From Paraspadella gotoi (lineage: Eukaryota > Animalia > Chaetognatha): DNA of 63,968 nt. Below are positions 30,991-43,414 of this stretch, in pieces (the first letter of the stretch is position 1; each line of letters begins with the position of its first letter). Location: assembly GCA_051294375.1 (NCBI GenBank), contig CM119263.1, positions 5,640,823 through 5,704,790 of the forward strand, read 5' to 3'. The notes below the pieces were generated by a model, which was not told the origin of the DNA, did no database searches, and worked only from the letters and a program-made list of their open reading frames with translations. Both the position numbers and the translations under genes were made by a program.

Positions 30991-31198
30991 NNNNNNNNNN
31001 NNNNNNNNNNNNNNNNNNNNNNNNNNNNNNNNNNNNNNNNNNNNNNNNNNNNNNNNNNNNNNNNNNNNNNNNNNNNNNNNNNNNNNNNNNNNNNNNNNNN
31101 NNNNNNNNNNCTCCATAGGTTTCTGGGGACCTCAGCGGTTGCGAGGGGGCATCGCCGTCGGTCGAGCGACGAGGGATTGCGTCTCCTCGGGCGAACGA

Positions 31199-31212
31199 GT
31201 TGCTATGGGAAC
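31199..31212. promoter_or_regulatory. RFX X-box motif GTTGCTATGGGAAC
   Basis: Consensus match. Confidence 0.45.
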
Positions 31213-31772
31213 GCGTCTTGCGTCTTTCGCTCGGATGCGCCTCGAAGATTAAACGAAGACCCGACGGTGAGGAATTCACGTGAGGTTTGAGTCGTTGGAG
31301 TGAAAGGCATCACGAGGGACATCCGGGGGCGAACGTCCCGGTGGATGTTTTTTTTTCGATTAATCCTTTTCAATATTTAATATTGACAATAACTATTGAT
31401 ATTTAATCATTATATTTGTTTATTCTATAAATTTGTTAATATTCTACCATTGACTATAATCCAACTCGTTCTTTCTTTCTTTCTTTCTTTCNNNNNNNNN
31501 NNNNNNNNNNNNNNNNNNNNNNNNNNNNNNNNNNNNNNNNNTCTTTCTTTCTTTCTTTCTCTCTTTCTTTCTTTCTTCTCTTTCTTTCTTTCATTCCCTC
31601 AATTCCTTTCTCTCTGAATATGTCCTCAGGCTCTGCTCATCGACATTGGTCTTCATTCTGCCGTCCATCTGCATCAAAGCAACTTCCCGGCCTAACGACG
31701 TCATCAACCGACGATTCATCATCTCGGAAAAGGTAAACAACTCCATCTCGTCCTGTCGTCGTCGTCGTCGTC

Positions 31773-31786
31773 GTTTCCATGGCAAC
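31773..31786. promoter_or_regulatory. RFX X-box motif GTTTCCATGGCAAC
   Basis: Canonical 14-bp X-box. Confidence 0.55.
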
Positions 31787-32994
31787 TCGTCCACTTAGTC
31801 ACGGCAAAGATCACAATAAAGGATTCAAGGATGAGACTCTCGAGATATTTGGAGGCAATGAGGTCATTTGCAATTTCATGTCGCGACTGATGACCGCAAC
31901 ATTTTTTTTTGTTTTAGAAAAATCTTGATCGAAAATATTAAAGATTTGAAAACGATTTTAATACAGTTAATATAATGAAAACAAAACTTACGGCTTTTTG
32001 TTTAAAATTTACTGTCTCTTTTAAAAAAAGAAAGAAAAGCTCGTCTTACCTGTGATCCGTAGATGAGATCGGCAAAGGAAAGGAAATGGAAATAGGGGAG
32101 GAAAAAAGAAAGAAAAATTTCATTAGAAAAAAGAAAAGAAAAAAAAAAGTTTTTGATGTTGAAAAACGAGAAAATTCGGGAACTCGAAAAACCACTCGAC
32201 GAAATTGGAGGCGAAATAAAGTTTTTTCGCGGTTTTTCGAATTGGACCGACAGACCGACAGACCGACCGACTTTGGCGGCTTAATGGACTGAATTGATGG
32301 ATGACGTTTATTTCCATCGCGAGACAGAGTAGGAGAGAGGGGAAGAGAGATAGAGTGATGGAGACAGAGAGAGGAAAGGGGTTTTTTTTTTNNNNNNNNN
32401 NNNNNNNNNNNNNNNNNNNNNNNNNNNNNNNNNNNNNNNNNNNNNNNNNNNNNNNNNNNNNNNNNNNNNNNNNNNNNNNNNNNNNNNNNNNCGAGGAGAG
32501 GCGAGGAAAGAAAAACCGCGAAAAAAGGATTTATGTCTTATATGAGAAGGAAAGAGAGGAACGTGATAAAATAAGTGATAAAGGAAAGAAGGAAAGGAGG
32601 AAAGAAAAAAGGAAAGAAAAAGGAAAGAAAATTAAGATGAGAATAAAAAAGAAATAAATTATCTCCATTTTTCGTCGAAAAAGAAAAAAAATTGATCCGT
32701 GATTCAAAGGAGGAAAGAAAAGAAAAACTGATGGGAGTAAAGAAAAGGGAGGAAAAGAGGAAAACGAATCGCGACAATAATCAATATTTTAGTTTGACAT
32801 GAGCTAATTCTTAGAAATTGATATGAATTACGTAAGTATACGAAGAGATAATAAACTAAAACACCTTTGAGATGGCGTTAATAAAAAAGAAAAGAAAACG
32901 ATTTGTTAAAAAAAGGAATCGAAAAAAGAAAAGAAAGAAAATGTAAAAGGAGGAAATTATTCGCGACAAGATGCCAATAAAGGAATGCCGATAC

Positions 32995-33044
<50 letters not shown>

Positions 33045-33060
33045 TCCGCTGCCGCCGCCG
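32995..33060. repeat. (CCG)n microsatellite
   Basis: Long near-perfect run; (GGC)n also at ~45676-45721. Confidence 0.97.
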
Positions 33061-33175
33061 TCGCCGATAAAGGACGAAAAACATTAACCGACAAACATTA
33101 AAACATTTAATGATTTCCGATATAAAAGACGTCGTTTTTTGTTTTCGGGTTTTGTCTCTTTTCCTAGAAAAGTGA

Positions 33176-33247
<72 letters not shown>

Positions 33248-33944
33248 TGGATGGATGGACGGACAGACGAGTGGATTGATGAATGGAGAAATAATTTTGC
33301 TTTGTTTAAATCGATCAAACAGTCGAGGAGAAAAAAAGTTTGAATGAAGAGATAACTTTGGAAAGTGGGAAGGGGCAAATGAATGGAGAGAGAGGAAGTG
33401 GGAAGAGAGATGGGAAAGTCTGATGGGAAGCGAGTGAAATGGGATGTGAGGTGAGGATGGNNNNNNNNNNNNNNNNNNNNNNNNNNNNNNNNNNNNNNNN
33501 NNNNNNNNNNNNNNNNNNNNNNNNNNNNNNNNNNNNNNNNNNNNNNNNNNNNNNNNNNNNNNNNNNNNNNNNNNNNNNNNNNNNNNNNNNNNNNNNNNNN
33601 NNNNNNNNNNNNNNNNNNNNNNNNNNNNNNNNNNNNNNNNNNNNNNNNNNNNNNNNNNNNNNNNNNNNNNNNNNNNNNCGAATTATTCGCGATTTTTCTT
33701 CTTCTTTTTTTTCTTTCGATTTCGTCGTCTTCATTTTCGATGCGAATCGGTCGTCGGGGAAAAAGCCGACACTTTGGACGACATTAGCGCGAGGTCGGCC
33801 GACAAAAAACAAGTGATACAAACGCGGGAGAGAGCGAAATAAAAAAGAGAGAGAGAGCGAGACATAAATTCTGATTCTTGATCAAGAAGAGACCGACAAC
33901 AAAGCGACGCTTAGACTGGGGAAAGATAATCAGATATTGCAATG

Positions 33945-33980
<36 letters not shown>

Positions 33981-34467
33981 TTGCATATTAGGCGTCAGGG
34001 ACGAATAAAAGAAATGCAAAAGGAAAAGGTTACTTTCGCCTCCGAAAAGAAACAGGAGTGGGCGAGACGAAGGAGGGGAGGTGGCATGGTAGAGGGTGGC
34101 ATGGGCGGGGCCCGAGGTTAAGAGGCCAGGGGTTCCGAAGGGGTCCTGACTCGGATCGCAACACGAGGCGCAAAGGGCGAATCTGAGTTTATGATGGTTT
34201 TAGAAAAAGAAGTTGAGCGAAAGAAATACAAGGAGACCGTTTGNNNNNNNNNNNNNNNNNNNNNNNNNNNNNNNNNNNNNNNNNNNNNNNNNNNNNNNNN
34301 NNNNNNNNNNNNNNNNNNNNNNNNNNNNNNTAGGGGAACAGGGGATAGGGAGGAAGGAAATTTGGACTGCTGATAGCCGTAGATGGGCAGATGGATGTAT
34401 CATTGCAAGTTGTGGGAACAATTTCAATCAAGTGTATTTAAAAAGAATTCCATGATCATTTGTCGTT

Positions 34468-34844
34468 CCACTTACGACTCCTTTAAACGGCCCCTCACCA
34501 CTCCCTTAATCGGCCACNNNNNNNNNNNNNNNNNNNNNNNNNNNNNNNNNNNNNNNNNNNNNNNNNNNNNNNNNNNNNNNNNNNNNNNNNNNNNNNNNNN
34601 NNNNNNNNNNNNNNNNNNNNNNNNNNNNNNNNNNNNNNNNNNNNNNNNNNNNNNNNNNNNNNNNNNNNNNNNNNNNNNNNNNNNNNNNNNNNNNNNNNNN
34701 NNNNNNNNNNNNNNNNNNNNNNNNNNNNNNNNNNNNNNNNNNNNNNNNNNNNNNNNNNNNNNNNNNNNNNNNNNNNNNNNNNNNNNNNNNNNNNNNNNNN
34801 NNNNCGGCCACTCACCACTCCCTTAAACGGCCACTCACCACTCC
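34468..34844. repeat. 23-bp minisatellite (CGGCCACTCACCACTCCCTTAAA) spanning an assembly gap
   Basis: Same unit on both sides of the 34518-34804 gap. Confidence 0.85.
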
Positions 34845-34918
34845 TATTTCCTCTCTCTCTCTCGTGGGCGGCGGAAAAATGCGAGCGAGCGACCTTGCTT
34901 TGAATTTTAAAAGGCGGG

Positions 34919-34967
34919 GGAGCGCCTTACCAAATCCAAGGGAGCGCCTTACCAAATCCAAGGGAGC
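34919..34967. repeat. 22-bp exact tandem repeat x2 (GGAGCGCCTTACCAAATCCAAG)
   Basis: Two exact copies plus a partial third. Confidence 0.92.
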
Positions 34968-36135
34968 ACTTAACATATCTTCCTTTTCAAGACTTATAAC
35001 ATTTTGTTTGTCAATAAACTAACCCTTTGCCTCTGGAGTGGGTGGAAACGGTTCGTGGAAAGATGGGGCCCAGTTGTTTTATTTTGAGGATTTCTTCGGA
35101 GGGTTTGGAGAGGCGGTTGGCGTAGAGACTCTGAGTGAAAGGGAAAAGGAAACCCGAAGTCGATTCGGAAAATGAGGTCATTAAATTCGTGAAGTGATTA
35201 CTTTCTATTGTGATGACTTTTGCGCGAATCCGAGACTGAAATGCAGTTCGTTTAAACTAAATGTGGGACAAGTATTTATATTTGGTCGAAGATATTGAGA
35301 TAAGTTTTTTCTCCATATGTGGTGAAAAGGAGTAAAAAGAAAAATAAGGATAAGAAAGGCATAAAAAGAAAGAAAAAGGAGTAGAAAGAAAGGAAAAGGA
35401 GTAAGAAAGGGAAAGGAGTAAGAAAGAAAAGGAAAAAAAGAAAAGGAGGGAAAGAAAGGAACGAGAGTCGCTGGAGTTGACCGATTATGCAAATCGACGA
35501 GGAAGAGAAAAAAAGTAAAAAGGAAAAGGTCTGGATAGATATCTGTAAATAAATTATCTATAGATGAATTATCTATAGATGAATTAGATGGTTAGGAATA
35601 TGAGGAGTTGAAAAACGAAAAGATGGGGAAAAACTCAAGAGAGACAAAAAGACAAGCTCAGAGGTATTGAATCCGACAGACGAGCAAACAGACAGACAAA
35701 AACACAGACAGTCAGATAAAAGCCGGTCACAGAGACGAAGAGACAGACGGACAGAATGAAAGAATTTGAAAGATGGCCAGCGAGTTAAATAAAAAAGACA
35801 GTCTGACAAACAGATAAACAGACAGACAGACGGACGGACGGAGAAAGGTCGAGGAGACTCGGTCGAACGGAAGGTTCTACGTGGGCCGATGGCTCCGTCC
35901 AAGGGTTTATGAATTGTTGACCAATTATGGAAATTAGAAGAGCAAAGAGGCAGATAAGCGTCTGAGGCTGGGCAAAGAAAGGAGAGAGAGAGAGAGAGAG
36001 ANNNNNNNNNNNNNNNNNNNNNNNNNNNNNNNNNNNNNNNNNNNNNNNNNNNNNNNNNNNNNNNNNNNNNNNNNNNNNNNNNNNNNNNNNNNNNNNNNNN
36101 NNNNNNNNNNNNNNNNNNNNNNNNNNNNNNNNNNN

Positions 36136-36166
<31 letters not shown>

Positions 36167-36270
36167 AGAGAGTCGAAGAAGGAATGATAGTGGTATGAGA
36201 GAAAACTTAAAGGAAAGAAAAAATAAAAGATACAGTGAAGAGAAATATAAACAAAAAAATAGAAACTTGA

Positions 36271-36302
<32 letters not shown>

Positions 36303-36314
36303 AAAAAAGAAAAA

Positions 36315-36354
<40 letters not shown>

Positions 36355-36431
36355 ATAAAAGAAAGAAAGAAAAAAAGAAAGAAAGAAAGACGGCGAAGCA
36401 ACGAAAAAAAAAATCCCAAACAAAAAAAAAG

Positions 36432-36680
36432 TTCCGGGAATAAACATTGGGTTCAGCAGTGACGACTTGTGGCTGTGACAAATGACGAAGAACCTTTGAT
36501 TGATGGATCGACGAGGGAAAGCGGAAGAGAGCGCGACCGGCGCATGCGCGGGAAAACAAAAGAACAGGTCGAGACAAATCGGCGACCGAAAGAGAGAAAA
36601 ATGGATTAATGTCGAGGTATTAATGCGTTAATATTAATGCGTCAACGTTAATACGTCAAAATTAATGCGGGGATATTAAT
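36432..36680. promoter_or_regulatory. Candidate enhancer: dense TF-motif island
   Basis: TTCCGGGAA 36432, TAAACA 36441, TGACA 36476, CTTTGAT 36494 overlapping TGATTGATGG 36497, GCGCATGCGC 36540 overlapping GCGCGGGAAA 36546, then a TTAAT array. Confidence 0.45.
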
Positions 36681-37735
36681 AAAAAATGCTGACCTGGTTC
36701 TTTTTTTGCGTTGCCCCCTGTAAAGTTAAACCAAGTTTTCGCTTTTTTTTTACTCTTTTTTACGCAAACTTTTTTTTAAGTTTCCCTTTTTTTCTTATTT
36801 TCCTTTTTCCCATTCATACTTTTCACCCCTCTTCCCTTTTCTCTCTTTTTTACTTCTCTTCTTCAAACCTCTCTCTCTCTCTCCAGTGTTTGCCCTCCTC
36901 GGGCACCCTTGGGTCTGGCAGGGGTGTGGCGGTCGCTGCCCTCGGATCCGCCTTGACAAAATGATTAGAGACGAGAAGAAAGAAAAGGAAGGAAAAAGGA
37001 GGAAAGAAGAAGAAGAAAAAAAAAGAAGGAAAGAAAAAAAAGGAAGGGAAATAAGGAAAGAAAGAAAAAAGAAAAAAGGAGGAAAAAAGAAAAAAAAGAG
37101 GAAAAAAGGAAAGAGGAAAAAAAATGTAACTGAAGCGAAAAATAGTTATAAGAAACTTAACCGATTGTTGCTCATAAAATATCTATCGTAGTAATCGTAC
37201 ATAAATTTTTTTACCAAATTAATGTAACAACCATTTCCGTTTTATTCATAAAAAAGCATAGCTCAACTATATTGTGGTTTTTTAATGTATTGTAATGTAT
37301 TATTATACTTCATTGCATAAATTTCCTCAAACGGCCACAGCATTATGCGCGATAATCCAAAGCGAAGACTCGACAAATATCGAGATCGATGCATTAGAAT
37401 GGAAATCCCGAAACCAATTTCCAGAGTAAAAGATTTGCAAGAGAGAGAGAGAGAGAGAAGAAGAAGCAGAGAAAGAAAGAGAAAGAGAGAGGAGAGAGGA
37501 GATGGGGGAGAGAGAGGAGAGAGAGAGAGAGAGAGAGACGAGAGAGAAGAGATGGGCTCAGGAACTGTGAAATGAGATAATCGGATTGGGCGATGCATAA
37601 ATCTTTCTCCACCGTTTCTCTTTCGCTTAACTACATTCGAAGTTGAATTATTAAACAAGTCCTCCTCGCGTTCTCTATCTCCTTCCTCTCTCTCTCGTCG
37701 CTCTCGTTCTTTCTTCTCTCTCTATCGTCTCCTCT

Positions 37736-37773
<38 letters not shown>

Positions 37774-38236
37774 ACTCACCATGCAGCAAGCGATGGATTT
37801 TAAAAATGGCAGAATTAAAAAATCGTTTCTTCTGCTATGAGTGTTGATTTCAAACAACGACGAAAAAAACATTACTAAAGCGATCAGCAGAAATTGCACG
37901 GCGATATTCCTTTTCAAAAAAAAAAAAAAATTCTCTTCCATCTTCACTCCGAAAAATAAAAGAAGAGAGAACAACTTTTTGAACTTCAGCGTCGGACCTT
38001 CTTTTTTTTTTCCTTTTCTTCCGTTCCCCTTTTCATTCCCTTTCCCCTTCTTTCCTTTCTATCTCTCTGGTCCGCCTTTTTCCTTTCCTGTTCCTCCCTT
38101 CCTTCATTTTCTTCCGTTGTTCATAACTTTCCAATGTTACCGATCCCTCATTTCTTTAAATTTTCATTTTTGACCTCCTCTCCTTATGACTTTTTTTTGG
38201 AAAGAGACCTCCATATCTTCACGATTTAGTTTTCAG

Positions 38237-38373
38237 GTTTCAATTGCTGGACAGGGGTCGTCCGCACTCCGTGAACGATCACTCATCCGACGACACTTTT
38301 TGGGCCCGAGCGCCCGGCATGCAGACGCAGAAAAAGGTTCTTCGCTGCCAGTGCACAAGTGCCAGGTGCCAAA
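38237..38373 (+). other. Candidate 137-nt exon
   Basis: tagttttCAG acceptor and AAA|GTAAGT donor; two open frames; no recognisable peptide; may lie in long-read-filled sequence. Confidence 0.25.
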
Positions 38374-39694
38374 GTAAGTCATTGTAATCTTTACTATAAG
38401 GGCCCACAATTCCACGGTTAGTGCAGTGAGTTCTGGGTGCTTACGTAAAGGGCAGAGCCCGCCGAGGGATTCGGGCACATGCGGGTCAGTTAGAGCTGGC
38501 AGGCCGGTTTTCGTTGGAGCTCTGTGGCCGCCGAAAAACTAGGGAAAAAGAAGAGTTTACAAGTCAAGCAGTTTTAACGCTTTGAGGAGTCAGAGAAAGG
38601 CAAGGGATCTAGAGGTGAAAGCAGAGCGCTTAGTAGGCGCACATTTTGATGAAAGGAAAATGCCACTTGTTTTTATTTTTTCTATGAGTTTTTTGTTTTT
38701 TTCGTTTCTTGTTTTTTTTTTTTTTTTTGTTTGTTTTATTTTTTTGTTCTTAAAAACTGTNNNNNNNNNNNNNNNNNNNNNNNNNTGGAATGAGTACGGG
38801 AAGGAGAGGAAATGAGACGGGATGAGAAGAGAGATGGGAGGAGAGGTGGGATGAGATGGGAACGGAGATGGGAGGAAGATGGGAAGATATGGGAATGTAA
38901 TGAGATAGGATAAGGAGTGATGGGATAGCTTGAGATGGTATAACATGAATTTAGAATATATTTTATTTCGGGTTAGTTTACGTTTTCTAAGGAGATTATT
39001 AGTCGATAGAAATTATCAAGTAATTGGTCAAATTTAGCCTGTCCATGCGCCTGCCTATGAGTCAAATATAATCCGTAACAGCAAAAATAAAACTAATCCA
39101 CAAATTTGTCACCAATCGAATGCGAAGTGTGAGTGAAAAAATAATAAAAAAAAAGAATAAAAAGAAAAAAAAAAGGATTATTACGAGTTGAAGAAGTTAT
39201 GATTGAAATAACTGTCCGTTGGGGCGACGATGGGAAAAGAGGAAAAGGAAAGAAATGAAGATGGAGAGAAAAATGATGAGATTCGAGGAAAAAAAAGGAA
39301 GAAAGGAAAGAAAAAAGGAAAAAAAAGTTAAAGAAGGAAAGAAAGAGAGAAAGAAAGAAAGAAATTAAAAAAGAGAGAAAGAAGGAAGAAATGAAAAGAA
39401 ATAAAATTGATTGATTGATTCTTGAAGGTTTTATTTATCCTTTCCTCACTTTTTTGTCACTATTATATTCCCTACCTTTTTCATCTTCACATAACTCATC
39501 CAAATCCTTACCCCAAATTGGCGCCGACAACATTTCAACCCTCACCTTCACCTATGACTTCTAACTTACCCGCTATTTTCTTTCCTCCCCTTTCTTCCTT
39601 CAGACGAACCATCTTCTTTAGTCTGGGTGAATCCTTTTCCCTCTCCCTTTCCTTCTGCCCCACTTTTTCACGGCTCATCTTGGGTCAGACTCGC

Positions 39695-39732
<38 letters not shown>

Positions 39733-40161
39733 NNNNNNNNNNNNNNNNNNNNNNNNNNNNNNNNNNNNNNNNNNNNNNNNNNNNNNNNNNNNNNNNNNNN
39801 NNNNNNNNNNNNNNNNNNNNNNNNNNNNNNNNNNNNNNNNNNNNNNNNNNNNNNNNNNNNNNNNNNNNNNNNNNNNNNNNNNNNNNNNNNNNNNNNNNNN
39901 NNNNNNNNNNNNNNNNNNNNNNNNNNNNNNNNNNNNNNNNNNNNNNNNNNNNNNNNNNNNNNNNNNNNNNNNNNNNNNNNNNNNNNNNNNNNNNNNNNNN
40001 NNNNNNNNNNNNNNNNNNNNNNNNNNNNNNNNNNNNNNNNNNNNNNNNNNNNNNNNNNNNNNNNNNNNNNNNNNNNNNNNNNNNNNNNNNNNNNNNNNNN
40101 NNNNNNNNNNNNNNNNNNNNNNNNNNNNNNNNNNNNNNNNNNNNNNNNNNNNNNNNNNNNN

Positions 40162-40210
40162 CAAGTGCCCCATCAGGTGCCGAAACAGGTGCCGAATCAG
40201 GTGCCGAAAT
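40162..40210. repeat. 12-bp minisatellite (CAGGTGCCGAAW)
   Basis: CAGGTG at 40174, 40186 and 40198; abuts a gap, so probably longer. Confidence 0.85.
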
Positions 40211-40522
40211 GGTTGATGATGTTGATGACAAATATTATTTCTGAGGTCATGATGATTATGATACCGACGATGAATATGAAGATGNNNNNNNNNNNNNNNN
40301 NNNNNNNNNNNNNNNNNNNNNNNNNNNNNNNNNNNNNNNNNNNNNNNNNNNNNNNNNNNNNNNNNNNNNNNNNNNNNNNNNNNNNNNNNNNNNNNNNNNN
40401 NNNNNNNNNNNNNNNNNNNNNNNNNNNNNNNNNNNNNNNNNNNNNNNNNNNNNNNNNNNNNNNNNNNNNNNNNNNNNNNNNNNNNNNNNNNNNNNNNNNN
40501 NNNNNNNNNNNNNNNNNNGATC

Positions 40523-40617
40523 ATTTGCATAGCAACGGTCGGACGCGCCCACGAGGGTCCTTAGCAACGGCCTTTCATTCCTCAGCGACGCCGGCCCAAA
40601 AATTTTTCCTTAGCAAC
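40523..40617 (+). promoter_or_regulatory. Cluster of three TAGCAAC RFX-type sites, the first overlapping the octamer ATTTGCAT
   Basis: ATTTGCATAGCAAC 40523, GTCCTTAGCAAC 40557, TTTCCTTAGCAAC 40605. Confidence 0.45.
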
Positions 40618-41088
40618 GCGTCATTTTTGAGGGAAACGAAGCATCAAAAATGAAGATGAAAATGATTANNNNNNNNNNNNNNNNNNNNNNNNNNNNNNNN
40701 NNNNNNNNNNNNNNNNNNNNNNNNNNNNNNNNNNNNNNNNNNNNNNNNNNNNNNNNNNNNNNNNNNNNNNNNNNNNNNNNNNNNNNNNNNNNNNNNNNNN
40801 NNNNNNNNNNNNNNNNNNNNNNNNNNNNNNNNNNNNNNNNNNNNNNNNNNNNNNNNNNNNNNNNNNNNNNNNNNNNNNNNNNNNNNNNNNNNNNNNNNNN
40901 NNAAAAAAAAATCCTGCGCTCTTTTTATTTATGTTTCAATTTCATAAAAAAAAACTTTTTGTATGTTCCTACTAAGTCTTTGACTCTGTCTCCTTTCGAT
41001 TCACAAATTAACTTTATATCTCTGTCTCCTAGTTTTCGGCACAAGCTCCAAAATCGGCGCCGGCGGCTCTGCTTTCCTTTGGCCCCTG

Positions 41089-41132
41089 CACTGCACCGGT
41101 ACTGCACCGGCACTGCACCGGCACTGCACCGG
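41089..41132. repeat. 11-bp tandem repeat x4 (CACTGCACCGG)
   Basis: Four near-exact copies. Confidence 0.92.
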
Positions 41133-43334
41133 CGCCGGCAAATGTCGCGCGGAGCATTGAAACCTGTTAAAACTAATCTTGAAAAATGAGTCTTTCTTCC
41201 AAAAAGGTCAGAGGAGGAGAAATGAAATTAAAAAGTGGGATTCGTATGAACAAAGAGAAAATAAGGGAGGGAGGAAAGGAAAGGAAAAAGGGAGGAAAGG
41301 GAGGAAAGGAAAGGGGAAAAAAAGGAGGTCCGACGCTGAGTCAAAAGTTTTCTCTCTCTTTTTTTTCGAGAGAGAAATTTTTTTTTTTTTTGAAAATATC
41401 TCAATTTCTGCTTCGCTTATTTTTTTTTCGTTTTGTTTGAAATCAAATTGGAAAGAAACGATTTTTAATCTGCATTTTAAAATCCATCGCTTGCTGNNNN
41501 NNNNNNNNNNNNNNNNNNNNNNNNNNNNNNNNNNNNNNNNNNNNNNNNNNNNNNNNNNNNNNNNNNNNNNNNNNNNNNNNNNNNNNNNNNNNNNNNNNNN
41601 NNNNNNNNNNNNNNNNNNNNNNNNNNNNNNNNNNNNNNNNNNNNNNNNNNNNNNNNNNNNNNNNNNNNNNNNNNNNNNNNNNNNNNNNNNNNNNNNNNNN
41701 NNNNNNNNNAGAGAGAGAGAGAGAGAGAGAGAGCGAGAGTGACTTGTTTTAAAATTCAATCGTAGTTTACGACCAGATGTTTTTGTGTCGCAGCTTTTTT
41801 ATTATTTTCAAGTCGCGAGAAAAAAGAAAAAGAAATAAAAAAAATTAAAAAAGTGGAAGAATAAAAAGATTAAGTTTAAAGAAAGAAATAAAGAGAAATA
41901 CAGGAAGATATTAAGGAAAAATAAAGAGGAAAAACAAGATTTAAAAAAACATGATTATATTTGTGACGATTTTAGGTTTTTCTCAACATAATTTAGTTTG
42001 ATCTTTTGCTACAATAGTTAGAATTAAAAACTTGTCACATACTAAAATCCTATTTGCATTTTCTAACCCAATATGAAAAGGTTTGTCTTTGAAGGTTCAA
42101 CAAAAAGAGACTCAAATAAAAAGTTCATTTTAAAAGGTTCAGTCTTCCGGTGAAAACTTTTTGGTTCAGCTGCATCGACACGAATTTTAATCTTAATTGT
42201 GGTGAGAAGAGAGAATGGAAAGGAACATAAAAATCCTTCCACGGNNNNNNNNNNNNNNNNNNNNNNNNNNNNNNNNNNNNNNNNNNNNNNNNNNNNNNNN
42301 NNNNNNNNNNNNNNNNNNNNNNNNNNNNNNNNNNNNNNNNNNNNNNNNNNNNNNNNNNNNNNNNNNNNNNNNNNNNNNNNNNNNNNNNNNNNNNNNNNNN
42401 NNNNNNNNNNNNNNNNNNNNNNNNNNNNNNNNNNNNNNNNNNNNNNNNNNNNNNNNNNNNNNNNNNNNNNNNNNNNNNNNNNNNNNNNNNNNNNNNNNNN
42501 NNNNNNNNNNNNNNNNNNNNNNNNNNNNNNNNNNNNNNNNNNNNNNNNNNNNNNNNNNNNNNNNNNNNNNNNNNNNNNNNNNNNNNNNNNNNNNNNNNNN
42601 NNNNNNNNNNNNNNNNNNNNNNNNNNNNNNNNNNNNNNNNNNNNNNNNNNNNNNNNNNNNNNNNNNNNNNNNNNNNNNNNNNNNNNNNNNNNNNNNNNNN
42701 NNNNNNNCGCCGCCGCCACATCGTCCCCCTCCTGCTGCTTAAGAGTCCATTTGTTTCTCACTTATCACGACTGACCCAAAGAAGAAGACGACGACGACGA
42801 CAATGTCACGTGACCCGTCGACAGGCCTCCATTTTTTTTCCTTGACGATTCCATCACCTGAAAGGAGACCGAAGTTCGGTTCCACGACTTGACCCCTTTC
42901 TCACATCTCTCTCTTCTCTCCCCCTCTACGCTTCCTCTTCCTTCCTCACCTTCTCCACCTCTCCCTCCACCTCTCCCTCTACCTCCACCTCTCCCTCCAC
43001 CTCCATCTCTCCCTCCACCTCTCCCTCTTTTTCCCCCCTTTCTTCGCCTTCTTTTTCAACTCTCTCTCACATTCCTCCTCTCGATCTCCCTCTCTCTCTT
43101 CCTTAACTCTCTCTCCTCCTCCATCCTCTCCCTCTTCTCTCTTGTCCTTCCTCTCATTCTCCCTCCTTTCCAATTTTCCCCCTCTCTTTCTCCCCTCCCC
43201 CCTCAGGACTAATGTAGTCCATTTTCGGGACTGGGACCGTCGGTCGGTCCGTCCGTCTGTCCATCCATCCATCCGTCTCACGCAGGGAAACCGACGTCGC
43301 CAGCGCGCGTCCGGGGTTCCGACCCCGTAAACCG

Positions 43335-43414
<80 letters not shown>

